Assembly (NCBI GenBank): GCA_963820825.1
Contig: CAWGBN010000009.1
Coordinates: forward strand, 160,001 to 224,000
Direction: 5' to 3'
Length of the DNA stretch: 64,000 nucleotides
DNA from: Vulcanimicrobiota bacterium
GTDB taxonomy: Bacteria; Vulcanimicrobiota; Vulcanimicrobiia; Vulcanimicrobiales; Vulcanimicrobiaceae
Below, one piece after another: positions 1 through 9,154 of the stretch. The translations under genes were made by a program, and so were the position numbers. Within the stretch, counting starts at the first letter, position 1; each line of letters begins with the position of its first letter. Below the pieces are notes generated by a model that worked only from the letters and a program-made list of their open reading frames with translations, made no database searches and was not told the DNA's origin.

Positions 1-1946
1 TTACCGGCAAGCTCGACGCGCAGACGGACGTCGCGGGAACCTACCCCGACCTCGACATGCGGCTGCACGCCGCGGTCTTCGGCGGGACGGCGGGTCGCAT
101 CGCGGTCGAGCGCTTTGAAGTGAGCGCGGTCGCTTCCCACGGTCGCGGGACAATTACGTCGGCCACGCTCGATCTTCCGTATTTGACGAGCTCCGGATCG
201 GGCACGTTTGGTCTGCGCCCCGGCGATCCGCTCGCGCTCGCGCTGCACAGCACGAGCCCCGACATCGGCGAGTTTCTCGCTCGCGCGGGCGAGAAGAGGG
301 TTACCGTCCACGGAAGTCTCGACTCTACGTTGCGGATCGAAGGCACGCGCGAACGGCCGCGGTTGAACGACGCGATCGGCCTCCAGTCGCTGCGCTACCG
401 CGGTTTGGAGCTGCCGCACGTCGCCGCGGATATCGAAGCGGATCGGCGCGCCGTCGACGTGCGCGACGGCGAGATCGACTTCACCAAAGGCCGCGCGCTA
501 TTCGCCGCGCACGTTCCAATCCGCATGAACGGATCGAAACTCGCGGTGGCCGGCGCACCCTTCTCCGCCTCTCTGACGGCCGGCGATGTCGAGCTGTCGA
601 ACTTCGTCGATCTGCTGCCGAAGGGCACGCGGCTGAGCGGACGCGTGGACGGCCGGGTCGAGGCCTACGGTACCCTCGATGCGCCGCGACTCCACGGCTC
701 GCTGGCATTGCAAAACGGCACGTTCGCCGCGCCGGCGGAGAGATCGCCGATAACCGGTATCTCGGGCGAGCTCTCGCTCGATGGCAACCACGGACGTCTG
801 CAATCGCAGGCATCCGTCGGCGGCGGCACCGTCACCGCGAACGCGATCGCGTCGCTGGCCGATTTGCGCCGCCCGGCCGATGCCACGTTCGCGGCGTACG
901 CTCGCGCACGCAACGCGCGCCTCGATCTGCCCGCATATTTCCAAGGAAGGCTCGACGGCGAGGTCGCGCTGACGCGCAACGGAGCGGAGCCTACGGAGCT
1001 GCGCGGCGATCTCTCCGTCGCCGACGCGCGGATTCCGCTCAACTCCCTGCTGAATCAGCGCGGCACTCCCAACGCGCGACCGGCCCTACCGAACGTCGCC
1101 TTCCGCAACGTACGTCTTACCGCCGGTTCGAACGTGCGCGTGCAGAGCGCGAACGTCGACATCGGAACGACCGGGGCCGTCCTGCTCGGCGGCACGCTCG
1201 ACGCGCCGACGCTCGCAGGAGCCTTTCGCTCGACGGGCGGATCGCTGAGCTTCTACCGGAACTTCTACGTCGAACGCGGCCAGGTACGATTCGAACCGTC
1301 GAGCGGAGTCGTTCCCGACGTCGACGCCGTCGCGACGACCTTCGTGCCGAATCCCGCGACCGCCGTGCGGCTGCACGTCACCGGACCGGTGACCGACATG
1401 AATCTCGCGCTCGCCTCGGAGCCGTCGTACGACCGCGCACAGATCCTCGGTCTGCTCGTCGGCGCGCAGCAGTTCGGCGCGGTTCGCGGCGTCCAGGCGA
1501 GTGGCGGCGGAACCTTCTCCGCCGGTTCGGCCGCCAGCGGCGTCGCACTCGGGCAGCTCAACACGGTATTCACGCGAACGCTCTTGGAACCGCTCTCGAC
1601 GTCGCTCGGGAGTACGCTCGGATTTACCGAAGTGCAGATCACCAGCGACATTCAGACCGGCCTGGGCGTCAATGCCGTCAAGGCGTTCGGAAAGTACGTC
1701 AACGCGATCTACGCGCAAAGTTTCGGATATCCGCGAACCCAGAGCGTCGGTCTCGAAGCGCATCCTAACGTCGGTTCGGCGTTGCGGCTGACCGCCTATA
1801 CGTCGACCGGGCCGACGCTCTTCGCGCTGCAGCAGCAGCCGCAGCCGATTGCCTTCGGGGTGCTGAACCTCAACCCGCTCACCGCCTACACGCCGATCAC
1901 CGGCACGAACGGCGTCTCATTCTCATACCAGAGGATGTTTCCGTGA
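1..1946 (+). CDS. tamB: Translocation/assembly module TamB (DUF490 C-terminus), 5' truncated by window edge
   Basis: Beta-taco-like repeats (GTLDAPRLHGSL, GTLDAPTLAG) and a DUF490-like C-terminus (LHVTGP...LASEP...ILGLL); frame open from the window start. Confidence 0.85.
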   Translation, partial: TGKLDAQTDVAGTYPDLDMRLHAAVFGGTAGRIAVERFEVSAVASHGRGTITSATLDLPYLTSSGSGTFGLRPGDPLALALHSTSPDIGEFLARAGEKRVTVHGSLDSTLRIEGTRERPRLNDAIGLQSLRYRGLELPHVAADIEADRRAVDVRDGEIDFTKGRALFAAHVPIRMNGSKLAVAGAPFSASLTAGDVELSNFVDLLPKGTRLSGRVDGRVEAYGTLDAPRLHGSLALQNGTFAAPAERSPITGISGELSLDGNHGRLQSQASVGGGTVTANAIASLADLRRPADATFAAYARARNARLDLPAYFQGRLDGEVALTRNGAEPTELRGDLSVADARIPLNSLLNQRGTPNARPALPNVAFRNVRLTAGSNVRVQSANVDIGTTGAVLLGGTLDAPTLAGAFRSTGGSLSFYRNFYVERGQVRFEPSSGVVPDVDAVATTFVPNPATAVRLHVTGPVTDMNLALASEPSYDRAQILGLLVGAQQFGAVRGVQASGGGTFSAGSAASGVALGQLNTVFTRTLLEPLSTSLGSTLGFTEVQITSDIQTGLGVNAVKAFGKYVNAIYAQSFGYPRTQSVGLEAHPNVGSALRLTAYTSTGPTLFALQQQPQPIAFGVLNLNPLTAYTPITGTNGVSFSYQRMFP

Positions 1947-3091
1947 GTAGGCTGCACCCGCTCGTCCCGATCCTCGCGCTTCTTCTCACGGCCGCAACGC
2001 CGCGATCGGCGGTCGGCTTCGTCAATCTCACGCAGCTGATGGCGAACGATCCGATGCACTCGGTGCTTCTCGGCTTCGACCGCGAGATCGCCGCGCTGCG
2101 CAGCACGCGAAACCTCTCCGGCCTCACCGCCCTCTCGGCGCAGGCCGCGGGAGCCGCTCGCGCGGTCCGCGACGGCGCCGCGAGCGCTCAGATTCGGGCG
2201 CGAGCGATCGGTTCGCGCGGCGCAGCCGCCGGCCACGCGCGCGAGTCCGCAGCACTCGCGGCGCTCCTCGCTTCGCAGCGTTCCGGTGACCGCGAGATCG
2301 GGCGTTTCACCGGCGAGCTGAACCGCGAGACCGCGACGAACGCAACGAACTATGCCTCCGCGCTCGCAACGCGCAACGACCGCGCCTACGCGGCGCGCGC
2401 GCAGGAGCTGCGCGAGAAGGAGCTGACGCTCGCCTTCGATCTTGCGCGACAAAATGCGGGACGGCGATTGAGCCTGCGCATCAAGCTTACCGACCTGCAT
2501 TTGAGCCGCATGGTTAGGGCGAAGCTGCAAGCGCAGCTTGCGGCGCTCGACGCAGCGGAGCGCCGGCCGGTCGCAGTGCTTCGCGCGCGCGATGCAGCGA
2601 CGCTCGCCGCCTACCGTCGCAAGCTGGAGAGCGAAACCGCGCGCGAGAGCGCGCAGATGGATGCGCGCCTCCGCCAAACCGCGAGCGCGAACTACGCCCT
2701 TCGCGCGCGCGTTCTAAAGTCCGAAGCCCAACCACGCGCGGCTTCGCGCAATCTCGCCTCGGGCGCCGCCGCGTTCGCTGCGACCCTGCGGCCCGGCGCA
2801 GCGTCTACCGACATCGCGGCGGGATTCCAAAGCGCCGGTGACGACGTTGCACGCCGCCTCGACGGGCTCGGCGCTATGGCGCAGGCGTCGCAGCGTGAGA
2901 CGAACGCGACGCTGGAATCGTTGGTGGCGATGCGGCGCGCGCTCTATCGAACCATCGTCGCGCGCGTCGAATTGGAGGCGCAACTCGTGGCGCGCCGGCG
3001 CGGTATCGATCGAGTCGTATACGGCAGCGCGCCCCCAAGCGGTAGCGTCAATTTAACCGGAGCGGTAAGAGCTGCCCTCACCCGTTCCTAG
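1943..3091 (+). CDS. Secreted coiled-coil protein, elongated OmpH/Skp-like
   Basis: Signal peptide; Skp-like N-terminal strand (VGFVNLTQLM) and C-terminus (VARRRGIDRVV...NLTGAV); GTGA overlap with tamB stop. Confidence 0.55.
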   Translation: MSRLHPLVPILALLLTAATPRSAVGFVNLTQLMANDPMHSVLLGFDREIAALRSTRNLSGLTALSAQAAGAARAVRDGAASAQIRARAIGSRGAAAGHARESAALAALLASQRSGDREIGRFTGELNRETATNATNYASALATRNDRAYAARAQELREKELTLAFDLARQNAGRRLSLRIKLTDLHLSRMVRAKLQAQLAALDAAERRPVAVLRARDAATLAAYRRKLESETARESAQMDARLRQTASANYALRARVLKSEAQPRAASRNLASGAAAFAATLRPGAASTDIAAGFQSAGDDVARRLDGLGAMAQASQRETNATLESLVAMRRALYRTIVARVELEAQLVARRRGIDRVVYGSAPPSGSVNLTGAVRAALTRS

Positions 3092-3543
3092 GGGCCGGGC
3101 GAGCCGTGGAGCGGCGGCGACTCGGAGATGCCGGAGGCCTTGCGAATCGCCTCGACGTCGCTGATGAGCGCGTCGCCTAACGAGTCCTTCGGCGGACAGG
3201 TCAAGTCGGGCGACTTCCATCCCTGCCACGTCACGTGGATGCTGCTGCCGAACGACGCGCTCTTCATGCACGGAACCGTCGCGACGTTGCCTTTCTTTGC
3301 CGCGGCAAGATCGGTGAAGAACTTGCTCGCCGTGGCGGCGGCCACGGTGAACGGCTTGGGCGTACTCGACGCCGTTCCCCCACGCTGCAGCGTCACCGAC
3401 GCCTTGCCGTCGGACGAGACCTCGATCCGGTACCCGTACGAGTTCGTCGAACCCGAATTTACGATCACCGCGTTATCGCTCGGCGTGGCGGCCACGAGGC
3501 TTGCAATCGCAAGCGCGGCCAAGAGAGTTGCACGAAATTTCAT
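3088..3543 (-). CDS. Small secreted protein with one Cys pair
   Basis: MKFRATLLAALAIASLVAA signal peptide; ATG lies 1 nt after the stop of the upstream S53-like gene. Confidence 0.75.
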   Translation of the reverse strand: MKFRATLLAALAIASLVAATPSDNAVIVNSGSTNSYGYRIEVSSDGKASVTLQRGGTASSTPKPFTVAAATASKFFTDLAAAKKGNVATVPCMKSASFGSSIHVTWQGWKSPDLTCPPKDSLGDALISDVEAIRKASGISESPPLHGSPGP

Positions 3544-3544
3544 T

Positions 3545-4852
3545 TTAGAAACCTCCGGTACCGTTGGGCGTTCCCCAACCGCTTGCCCCATCATAACCGA
3601 TTTTCGCATTACCGACGCGATGGTACGCGCCGGAAGCTCCGCGGTGCCAAATCCATTGTGGCGCGTTCGTCCGGGCCGCAGCCGGACCGAGCGCGAAGAG
3701 TGCGGCGACGATCGAAGAACCGACGCCGGTTCCGCCCATCTGCAGCCAGCCGCCGTCCGCCGATTCGTAGACCGCGACGCCGGTCGCCGGATCCGCGACG
3801 GCTGCGATATCGGGAACCGCGCGCGTCTTACATCCCGTACGGTGCTGCCACGACGGCTTCGCGACCAGGGCGCTGCACCCGCTTGCGGTACCGTGCCAGG
3901 CTCGTTCGTTCCATCCGCGCGCCGACGACGCCGGCGCTAAGGAGGTTCCGCCGACGCAGACGACCGCGGTATAGGCACACGGCATCCGAACACCGCCGCT
4001 CTCGCCGGCGCTCGCGACGATCGCGCGGCCGGAGTGCCGATAGGCGCCATCCGATTCGCGCTCTTCCTTACCGCCGTATCCATTGACGATCGCGACCGCG
4101 CCGAGTGCGCCCGCGGCGTTCACGCCCGAAGCGAGATCGGAGCTCTTGTCGCTATTGCCTTGCACGAGCAGAATCTTACAGTTGGGACATATGGCCGAAA
4201 CCATGTCGAGATCGAGTGCCGCTTCGGCACGCCAATCGTCGCCGGAGTCGCCGTTCGGTTTCGGCAACGGATTCGCGCGCCCGCGCTGGTTGACGATTTT
4301 GAGACAGCCGCTCGACGGCGTGCAGGCCGGTAATCCCATGCTGCGCCGATAGACCGCGAGATCGCCGGCGGCTTCGGGATAGCCGTACGCATCGACGATC
4401 GCGACGCTCGTCCCCCTGCCGCCGCTGCGCGCGCCTTGCGCGACTCCGTACGCCGCCTGCAGATCCGACGCACAGTACGGAACGCTGCGATTGCAGTTGC
4501 CCGCGCGCGCCGCCGCACCCGAGCCCTGTACGATCGCGTCGCACGCGCGATACCCATCGGCCGCGGGCTGCCGGCAAGCGTAACGTACGCTCGCGGGCGC
4601 GTTCGACGAACGCCGCGAGGGCGTAGCGCTGGGAGCGTGCGTCCCCGAGACCGGCGCGCTCTCGTCGTCGGACGACGACGTGTCGGCCGGAGCATCCGGC
4701 GCGTCGGGCGACGTATCGGGCGCGTCGTTCTGCGACGCTTGCGCGCCGGGCGCCGCCGTTTGGGGCTCGGCCGGTAATGGAGTCTGCGCGAGCGAGCCGC
4801 CCGTGCAGCCCGTCATCGCGAGGATCGCGGCGATTGCGACGAGTCTTAGAAT
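3545..4852 (-). CDS. S53 (sedolisin) family lipoprotein, probably catalytically inactive; start uncertain (ATT 4852 or ATG 4816)
   Basis: AIVDAYG, EAALDLDMVSAICP and GWGTPNG motifs; nucleophile motif reads GGTGVG instead of GGTSA; lipobox-like MTGC. Confidence 0.8.
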   Translation of the reverse strand: MLRLVAIAAILAMTGCTGGSLAQTPLPAEPQTAAPGAQASQNDAPDTSPDAPDAPADTSSSDDESAPVSGTHAPSATPSRRSSNAPASVRYACRQPAADGYRACDAIVQGSGAAARAGNCNRSVPYCASDLQAAYGVAQGARSGGRGTSVAIVDAYGYPEAAGDLAVYRRSMGLPACTPSSGCLKIVNQRGRANPLPKPNGDSGDDWRAEAALDLDMVSAICPNCKILLVQGNSDKSSDLASGVNAAGALGAVAIVNGYGGKEERESDGAYRHSGRAIVASAGESGGVRMPCAYTAVVCVGGTSLAPASSARGWNERAWHGTASGCSALVAKPSWQHRTGCKTRAVPDIAAVADPATGVAVYESADGGWLQMGGTGVGSSIVAALFALGPAAARTNAPQWIWHRGASGAYHRVGNAKIGYDGASGWGTPNGTGGF

Positions 4853-6231
4853 GCGGCGACTCCTTTGGGCGTTCCCAGTCCGGTGGGACCATCGAATCCG
4901 ACGCGTGCGTAACAGATGTAGTGCACCGTGGAGGCGCACGTCGAGCCGATGCCCGGATCGACGTTGCTTCCGGTCGCCACGTCGTACAAATGGCCCTTGT
5001 GATGCTTCCACAAATACGTGCCGCCTTGCTGGCTGGCCGCGTTGCCGGCGAGTGCGTAGACGCCGATGATGATCTGCGTCGAAGCGCTGGTTCCTCCATA
5101 CAGGAAGAAGCACGCCGACGGACACCCGCCGCCCTCTTCCGAATTGTAAACGATCACCGGCGTTCGCAGCGAGGCCGTCGCCGAGGTATCGGCGGCCGAC
5201 CGCATGCGGCAACCGATATCGGTCTGCCACGGCGGCTTGGCGATCTTCGTGCTGCACGCACTCCCGGTCGCGCCGCACGGGCCGTAGCAGTAGTCGAAGC
5301 TCAAATCGTTCCAGACGCTTTCGCTCCAACCGCGCGTGTTTTTGGCGTGCACGAGGTGCGTTCCACCGACGCAGACGACGTACTCATAGGTGCACGGCTG
5401 AATCGGGCCGCCGCCGTACCGGCCGCCGCCGCCGTTATCGCCGGCTGCCGCCGCGATCACGACGCCGGGTTGATGGAAGGTCGAGTTGGGCGAACCTTCG
5501 GGACTCGTTCCCCACGACGCGCCGATGTACTTCGCGCCGAGCGACCCGGCGGTCTTGACGCCGGTGTAGAGATTGCTCGTGTAATTGTTGTTCGTTTGAA
5601 CGAGGATGATCTTGCAGTTCGGACAGACGCCGGAGACCATGTCGAGATCGAGCGACTGCTCGCCCTTCCAATCGTCGCTCGGCGGCGGCTCCGGAGGCAG
5701 CGGAGAACTGTGACCCGCTTGATTCACGATGCGCAGACAGCCCGTCCCGGTCGTGCAAGCCTTCAACCCCATCGTCTTTCGGAAGAAGGCGAGATCGGAA
5801 GCGGCGTGATGGTAACCGTAGGCATCCACGATCGCGACCGTCTTGCCCCCGCCCGCTTTGAGCGAGGGCAGGAGGTACGCGTTTTGCAGATCGATCGGAC
5901 AGTAGCCCTGGGTGAAGCGGCACTTTTGGCTGTCGCCGCGGAGATCCGGATTCATCTGCTCGACCGGGAAAACGTCGGTGCGAACGAACGCCAGACACTC
6001 CATCAGATTCGGATCGTTCGGGGGCGCGCAGAGGCGGCGCGTCGGATTGACCGTCAGGAAGGGCACTTCTCCGCTTCCGGATCCGGTCAGCGCATCGGGC
6101 GGCAGCGCCGCGTCCTGCGCGGACTGCATCGCGTTTTGCGGAAGCGGCGATGGATTCGTCGCGCCGTTCGAGCATGCAGCAAGGACGACGGCGGCTAATA
6201 TCGGTAGAGCTTGAGCGAGTGCGCGATTCAC
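4846..6231 (-). CDS. S53 (sedolisin/kumamolisin) family serine protease lipoprotein
   Basis: EQSLDLD (Glu/Asp), AAAGDNG (oxyanion Asp), GGTSAS (Ser), GFDGPTGLGTP; lipobox LAAC; GGGAGG SD before GTG. Confidence 0.88.
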   Translation of the reverse strand: MNRALAQALPILAAVVLAACSNGATNPSPLPQNAMQSAQDAALPPDALTGSGSGEVPFLTVNPTRRLCAPPNDPNLMECLAFVRTDVFPVEQMNPDLRGDSQKCRFTQGYCPIDLQNAYLLPSLKAGGGKTVAIVDAYGYHHAASDLAFFRKTMGLKACTTGTGCLRIVNQAGHSSPLPPEPPPSDDWKGEQSLDLDMVSGVCPNCKIILVQTNNNYTSNLYTGVKTAGSLGAKYIGASWGTSPEGSPNSTFHQPGVVIAAAAGDNGGGGRYGGGPIQPCTYEYVVCVGGTHLVHAKNTRGWSESVWNDLSFDYCYGPCGATGSACSTKIAKPPWQTDIGCRMRSAADTSATASLRTPVIVYNSEEGGGCPSACFFLYGGTSASTQIIIGVYALAGNAASQQGGTYLWKHHKGHLYDVATGSNVDPGIGSTCASTVHYICYARVGFDGPTGLGTPKGVAAF

Positions 6232-6299
6232 GAAGACCTCCCAACCATTAACGCGACGGCCGCTACCGTCGTTCCCGCATAGGGCTGGGGAGACTTCGC

Positions 6300-6842
6300 A
6301 TGGGGGCCCTCCCGGCACCTATCCGCTGCCGCGTTCCGACGCCGCTACGACGCGATTTGTTGATTATGGGCAACGGCGAGGCGATAATTTCGAGCGATTT
6401 CGTGGCCGCCGGCCGCATTCGCGCGAGCAAACCGAGCGACGCATTGCTCGCCGAGGCGTGGGCGCAAGTCGAGGCCTACTTCGCGCGCCGCCTGCTGCGC
6501 TTCGACCTGCCGCTTGCTTTCGAGGGAACGGCGTTTCAAATCGCCGCCTGGCGAGCGGTCTCGTCGCTCACCTTTGGTGAGTTCGTCTCGTATGCCGACG
6601 TAGCGCGTGCGATCGGAAAGCCGCTCGCGCACCGCGGCGTCGCGGCGGCGATGGCCGAGACGAAGATCGATCTCTTCGTTCCAGCCCATCGCGTCATCGG
6701 CGCGGACGGTCGCATCAAAGGGGCCGCGCCGCGGTCGGTGCGACTTCGTCTTGCCGAATTCGAACTCGCTGACCCTCGGGCGCGCCTGCATAAGCGGCGT
6801 TCTCGAGCGTCTCTTCCAAGAATCGTCTTTGATAGGCGATGA
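6300..6842 (+). CDS. O6-alkylguanine DNA alkyltransferase-like protein (Ogt fold, Cys->Ala)
   Basis: GTAFQ..W..V..L.FGEFVSYADVA...HRGVA..M; active site PAHRV rather than PCHRV. Confidence 0.85.
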   Translation: MGALPAPIRCRVPTPLRRDLLIMGNGEAIISSDFVAAGRIRASKPSDALLAEAWAQVEAYFARRLLRFDLPLAFEGTAFQIAAWRAVSSLTFGEFVSYADVARAIGKPLAHRGVAAAMAETKIDLFVPAHRVIGADGRIKGAAPRSVRLRLAEFELADPRARLHKRRSRASLPRIVFDRR

Positions 6843-9141
6843 TATCGTCGACGAACGGAAACTGCGGATGGCGGCACCGCACGCTCACGCGATAGCGCTC
6901 GCCGTCGCGTTCGAGAATTTTCCATTTTACCATCAGCGGCAGTGCCGCGCGCACGAGCCGGCGCGGGTCCCTGCGCAACTCGGGATCGACGAAGAGCGTC
7001 ACGGGCAGCGCGACCAACGCCGATTCGACTGCCGCGACCGCCTCGTCGAGCGTAAAGCGCTCCGTTCGTCCGTCGAGCCACGTGCCGAGCAACTGCGCCG
7101 CCGTCACCGGACGAATCGCGGCGAGCACGCGTTTCATGCGTTCGAGGCGCGGCTCGGGACCATCGTCGAGGCGTTTGACGCGATAGAGCATCGACAACCG
7201 CTTTGAAACGAACGGGTCGTAACTGACGCCGACGCAATAGATCGCGGCGAGCGGCGCGAGACGTTCGATCACGCCGCGCATCGGCATGATCCGTCCATCG
7301 GTCGTGTAATGTCCCTCCGGCGTAAGGTAGAAGGTAGCACCGCGACGGAGGATCCCCTCCAGTCGCGCAAGATCGCCGTCGAGATAGGCCCGGGTCTCGT
7401 CGAGGATCTCGCGCCGGTAGGGCTCGCGCACCGTCGTCACCTTGACGACGCGGTGCGCCTCTTCGAAGAGATCGCGCCGCAAGAGATCCGAAGTCTTGGT
7501 ACCGGGTGGAAATCGCGCGGCAACGCGCTCGTCGAAGACCTCCAAGAGCTCGAGTGGGCCGTGTCGCTCCTGCACCACCCAAGCGAAGGCGGTGAGTGCG
7601 CGCGAGCTTAGTTCGTTTTCGAGCGGGAGCATTCCGAGCGAGATGAAGAGCTGTCCCGCATTGACGCGACGCAATAAAAACTGCATCCACGGCAGCCGTT
7701 CGGCGAGAAAGCCCGGTTCGTACATGCGCCGCGAGCTCGCGGTGAAGACCGGGTGACGCCACGGCCCGCTCTCGACCGTCGTCGTAGCGACGATCGCCGG
7801 CGACTCAAAGTCGTGCTGGTGATTTGCGACGATTAACGTCGGCCCGCGCCGTCGCGGGACCGAGCCCCAGTGGCGTACGCGATAGGCGCAGTGGTCCCAA
7901 GTATAGTTCGAGATGATCGCAGCGGCTCGCAACGGCACCGCCCAGAGCGACGAAATCGGACGCCGGCCGACGCGCAGCACCGCAAGCGAAGCCAATGCGA
8001 AGCTGAATCCTGCGAGCCCGAAGACCGCTTGATATCCGGCACGCGTTCCGTGAAAGAGCCCGATCAGCCAGCCGCCGATCAGGGGGGCGACGACGTTGGG
8101 CAACAACGTTGCGATGCCCCAAAGGCCGAGGTCGCGCGCGACGTCGCGCAGTTTGGGAATCGCATCCATCGCCAGCGCCCAGCCGCTGGAGATCACGCCG
8201 CCAAAACCGATGCCGAAGAGCACCGCGAATGGAAGCATCCCCTCGAGTTTCGGAGCGAGCGCGAATCCGATGGTGGCGACCGCCATGCATCCTCCGGCGA
8301 GCGCCGTCACGATCTTGCGGGACATCCGGTCGGAGAGGAGCCCGAGATAGATGCTCGAGGCGACCGCGCCGATGACCGTTGCGAACGCATAGATCGCGGT
8401 TCCGGCCGAAGGATTCCCAACTCGCTGCACGTCGCGAAAGAAAAACAGCACGAACGTCTGCAGCATCACGAGTCCGAAGAAGACCAGCGTGCGGGCGGCA
8501 AAGACGACGAAAAAATCGTGCCAATCGCGCACGTGCGCGTGTTCTTCGCCGTCGTAGACGCCGTCGCCGATCCAAAAGAGCGAGAGCGCGCCGATCGCCA
8601 TGATTGCGGCCGCGACGAGAAAGGTGACGCTCGGATTCGGCATCGCGCCGGCGATGCCGAATCCCAAGACCGTGCCGGCGAGCGTCGTCGCGCCGCGAAC
8701 GCCCGAGACCGCGCCCCAGTTGCGCCGCGGCACCGATTCCGGTAAGAGCGCCTGATAGGCGCAGAGCGCGAGATTCGCTCCCGCCGCCGAAACGATCAGC
8801 CAGAACGCAAAGAGCAGAATCGAGTGCGCGTAGGCAAGTCCGACGAGCGCGCCGACGTCGATCGCGACGCCGACGGCGACGAAGGTCCGGCGCGAGCCGC
8901 CGCGACGGCGCAGCGCGTCGGAGAGCCATCCCCCAAGCGGCGGCACGACCATCGCTGCGAGCGCCGAGATGCTGGCCAGAAGCGAGAGCACCCAGACGTG
9001 ATTGCCGGGCGCGAGCGAGACGGTTGCCGCCGGTATGGCAATCGTCAACAGCGCCGTGTCTTGAAATGTCAGCGGAAGCCAGAGGAAGTTCAGTACCGCC
9101 CAGCTGCCGACTTGACGGGCGGGGGAGGATCCGTTACCCAC
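6715..9141 (-). CDS. MFS transporter fused to C-terminal PlsC-like acyltransferase domain
   Basis: About 12 hydrophobic segments with MFS motif A (GWLSDALRRR, GLLSDRMSRK), followed by LIVANHQHDFE and FYLTPEG acyltransferase blocks. Confidence 0.8.
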   Translation of the reverse strand: MGNGSSPARQVGSWAVLNFLWLPLTFQDTALLTIAIPAATVSLAPGNHVWVLSLLASISALAAMVVPPLGGWLSDALRRRGGSRRTFVAVGVAIDVGALVGLAYAHSILLFAFWLIVSAAGANLALCAYQALLPESVPRRNWGAVSGVRGATTLAGTVLGFGIAGAMPNPSVTFLVAAAIMAIGALSLFWIGDGVYDGEEHAHVRDWHDFFVVFAARTLVFFGLVMLQTFVLFFFRDVQRVGNPSAGTAIYAFATVIGAVASSIYLGLLSDRMSRKIVTALAGGCMAVATIGFALAPKLEGMLPFAVLFGIGFGGVISSGWALAMDAIPKLRDVARDLGLWGIATLLPNVVAPLIGGWLIGLFHGTRAGYQAVFGLAGFSFALASLAVLRVGRRPISSLWAVPLRAAAIISNYTWDHCAYRVRHWGSVPRRRGPTLIVANHQHDFESPAIVATTTVESGPWRHPVFTASSRRMYEPGFLAERLPWMQFLLRRVNAGQLFISLGMLPLENELSSRALTAFAWVVQERHGPLELLEVFDERVAARFPPGTKTSDLLRRDLFEEAHRVVKVTTVREPYRREILDETRAYLDGDLARLEGILRRGATFYLTPEGHYTTDGRIMPMRGVIERLAPLAAIYCVGVSYDPFVSKRLSMLYRVKRLDDGPEPRLERMKRVLAAIRPVTAAQLLGTWLDGRTERFTLDEAVAAVESALVALPVTLFVDPELRRDPRRLVRAALPLMVKWKILERDGERYRVSVRCRHPQFPFVDDIIAYQRRFLEETLENAAYAGAPEGQRVRIRQDEVAPTAARPL

Positions 9142-9154
9142 CTACCGCATGCCG

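Noticed and set aside
6715..6842. 128-nt convergent overlap of the ATL and MFS fusion genes (also 17525-17556 and 26581-26615)
   Set aside because: The overlapping tails look non-conserved and could come from stop loss or an indel error; no evidence of function
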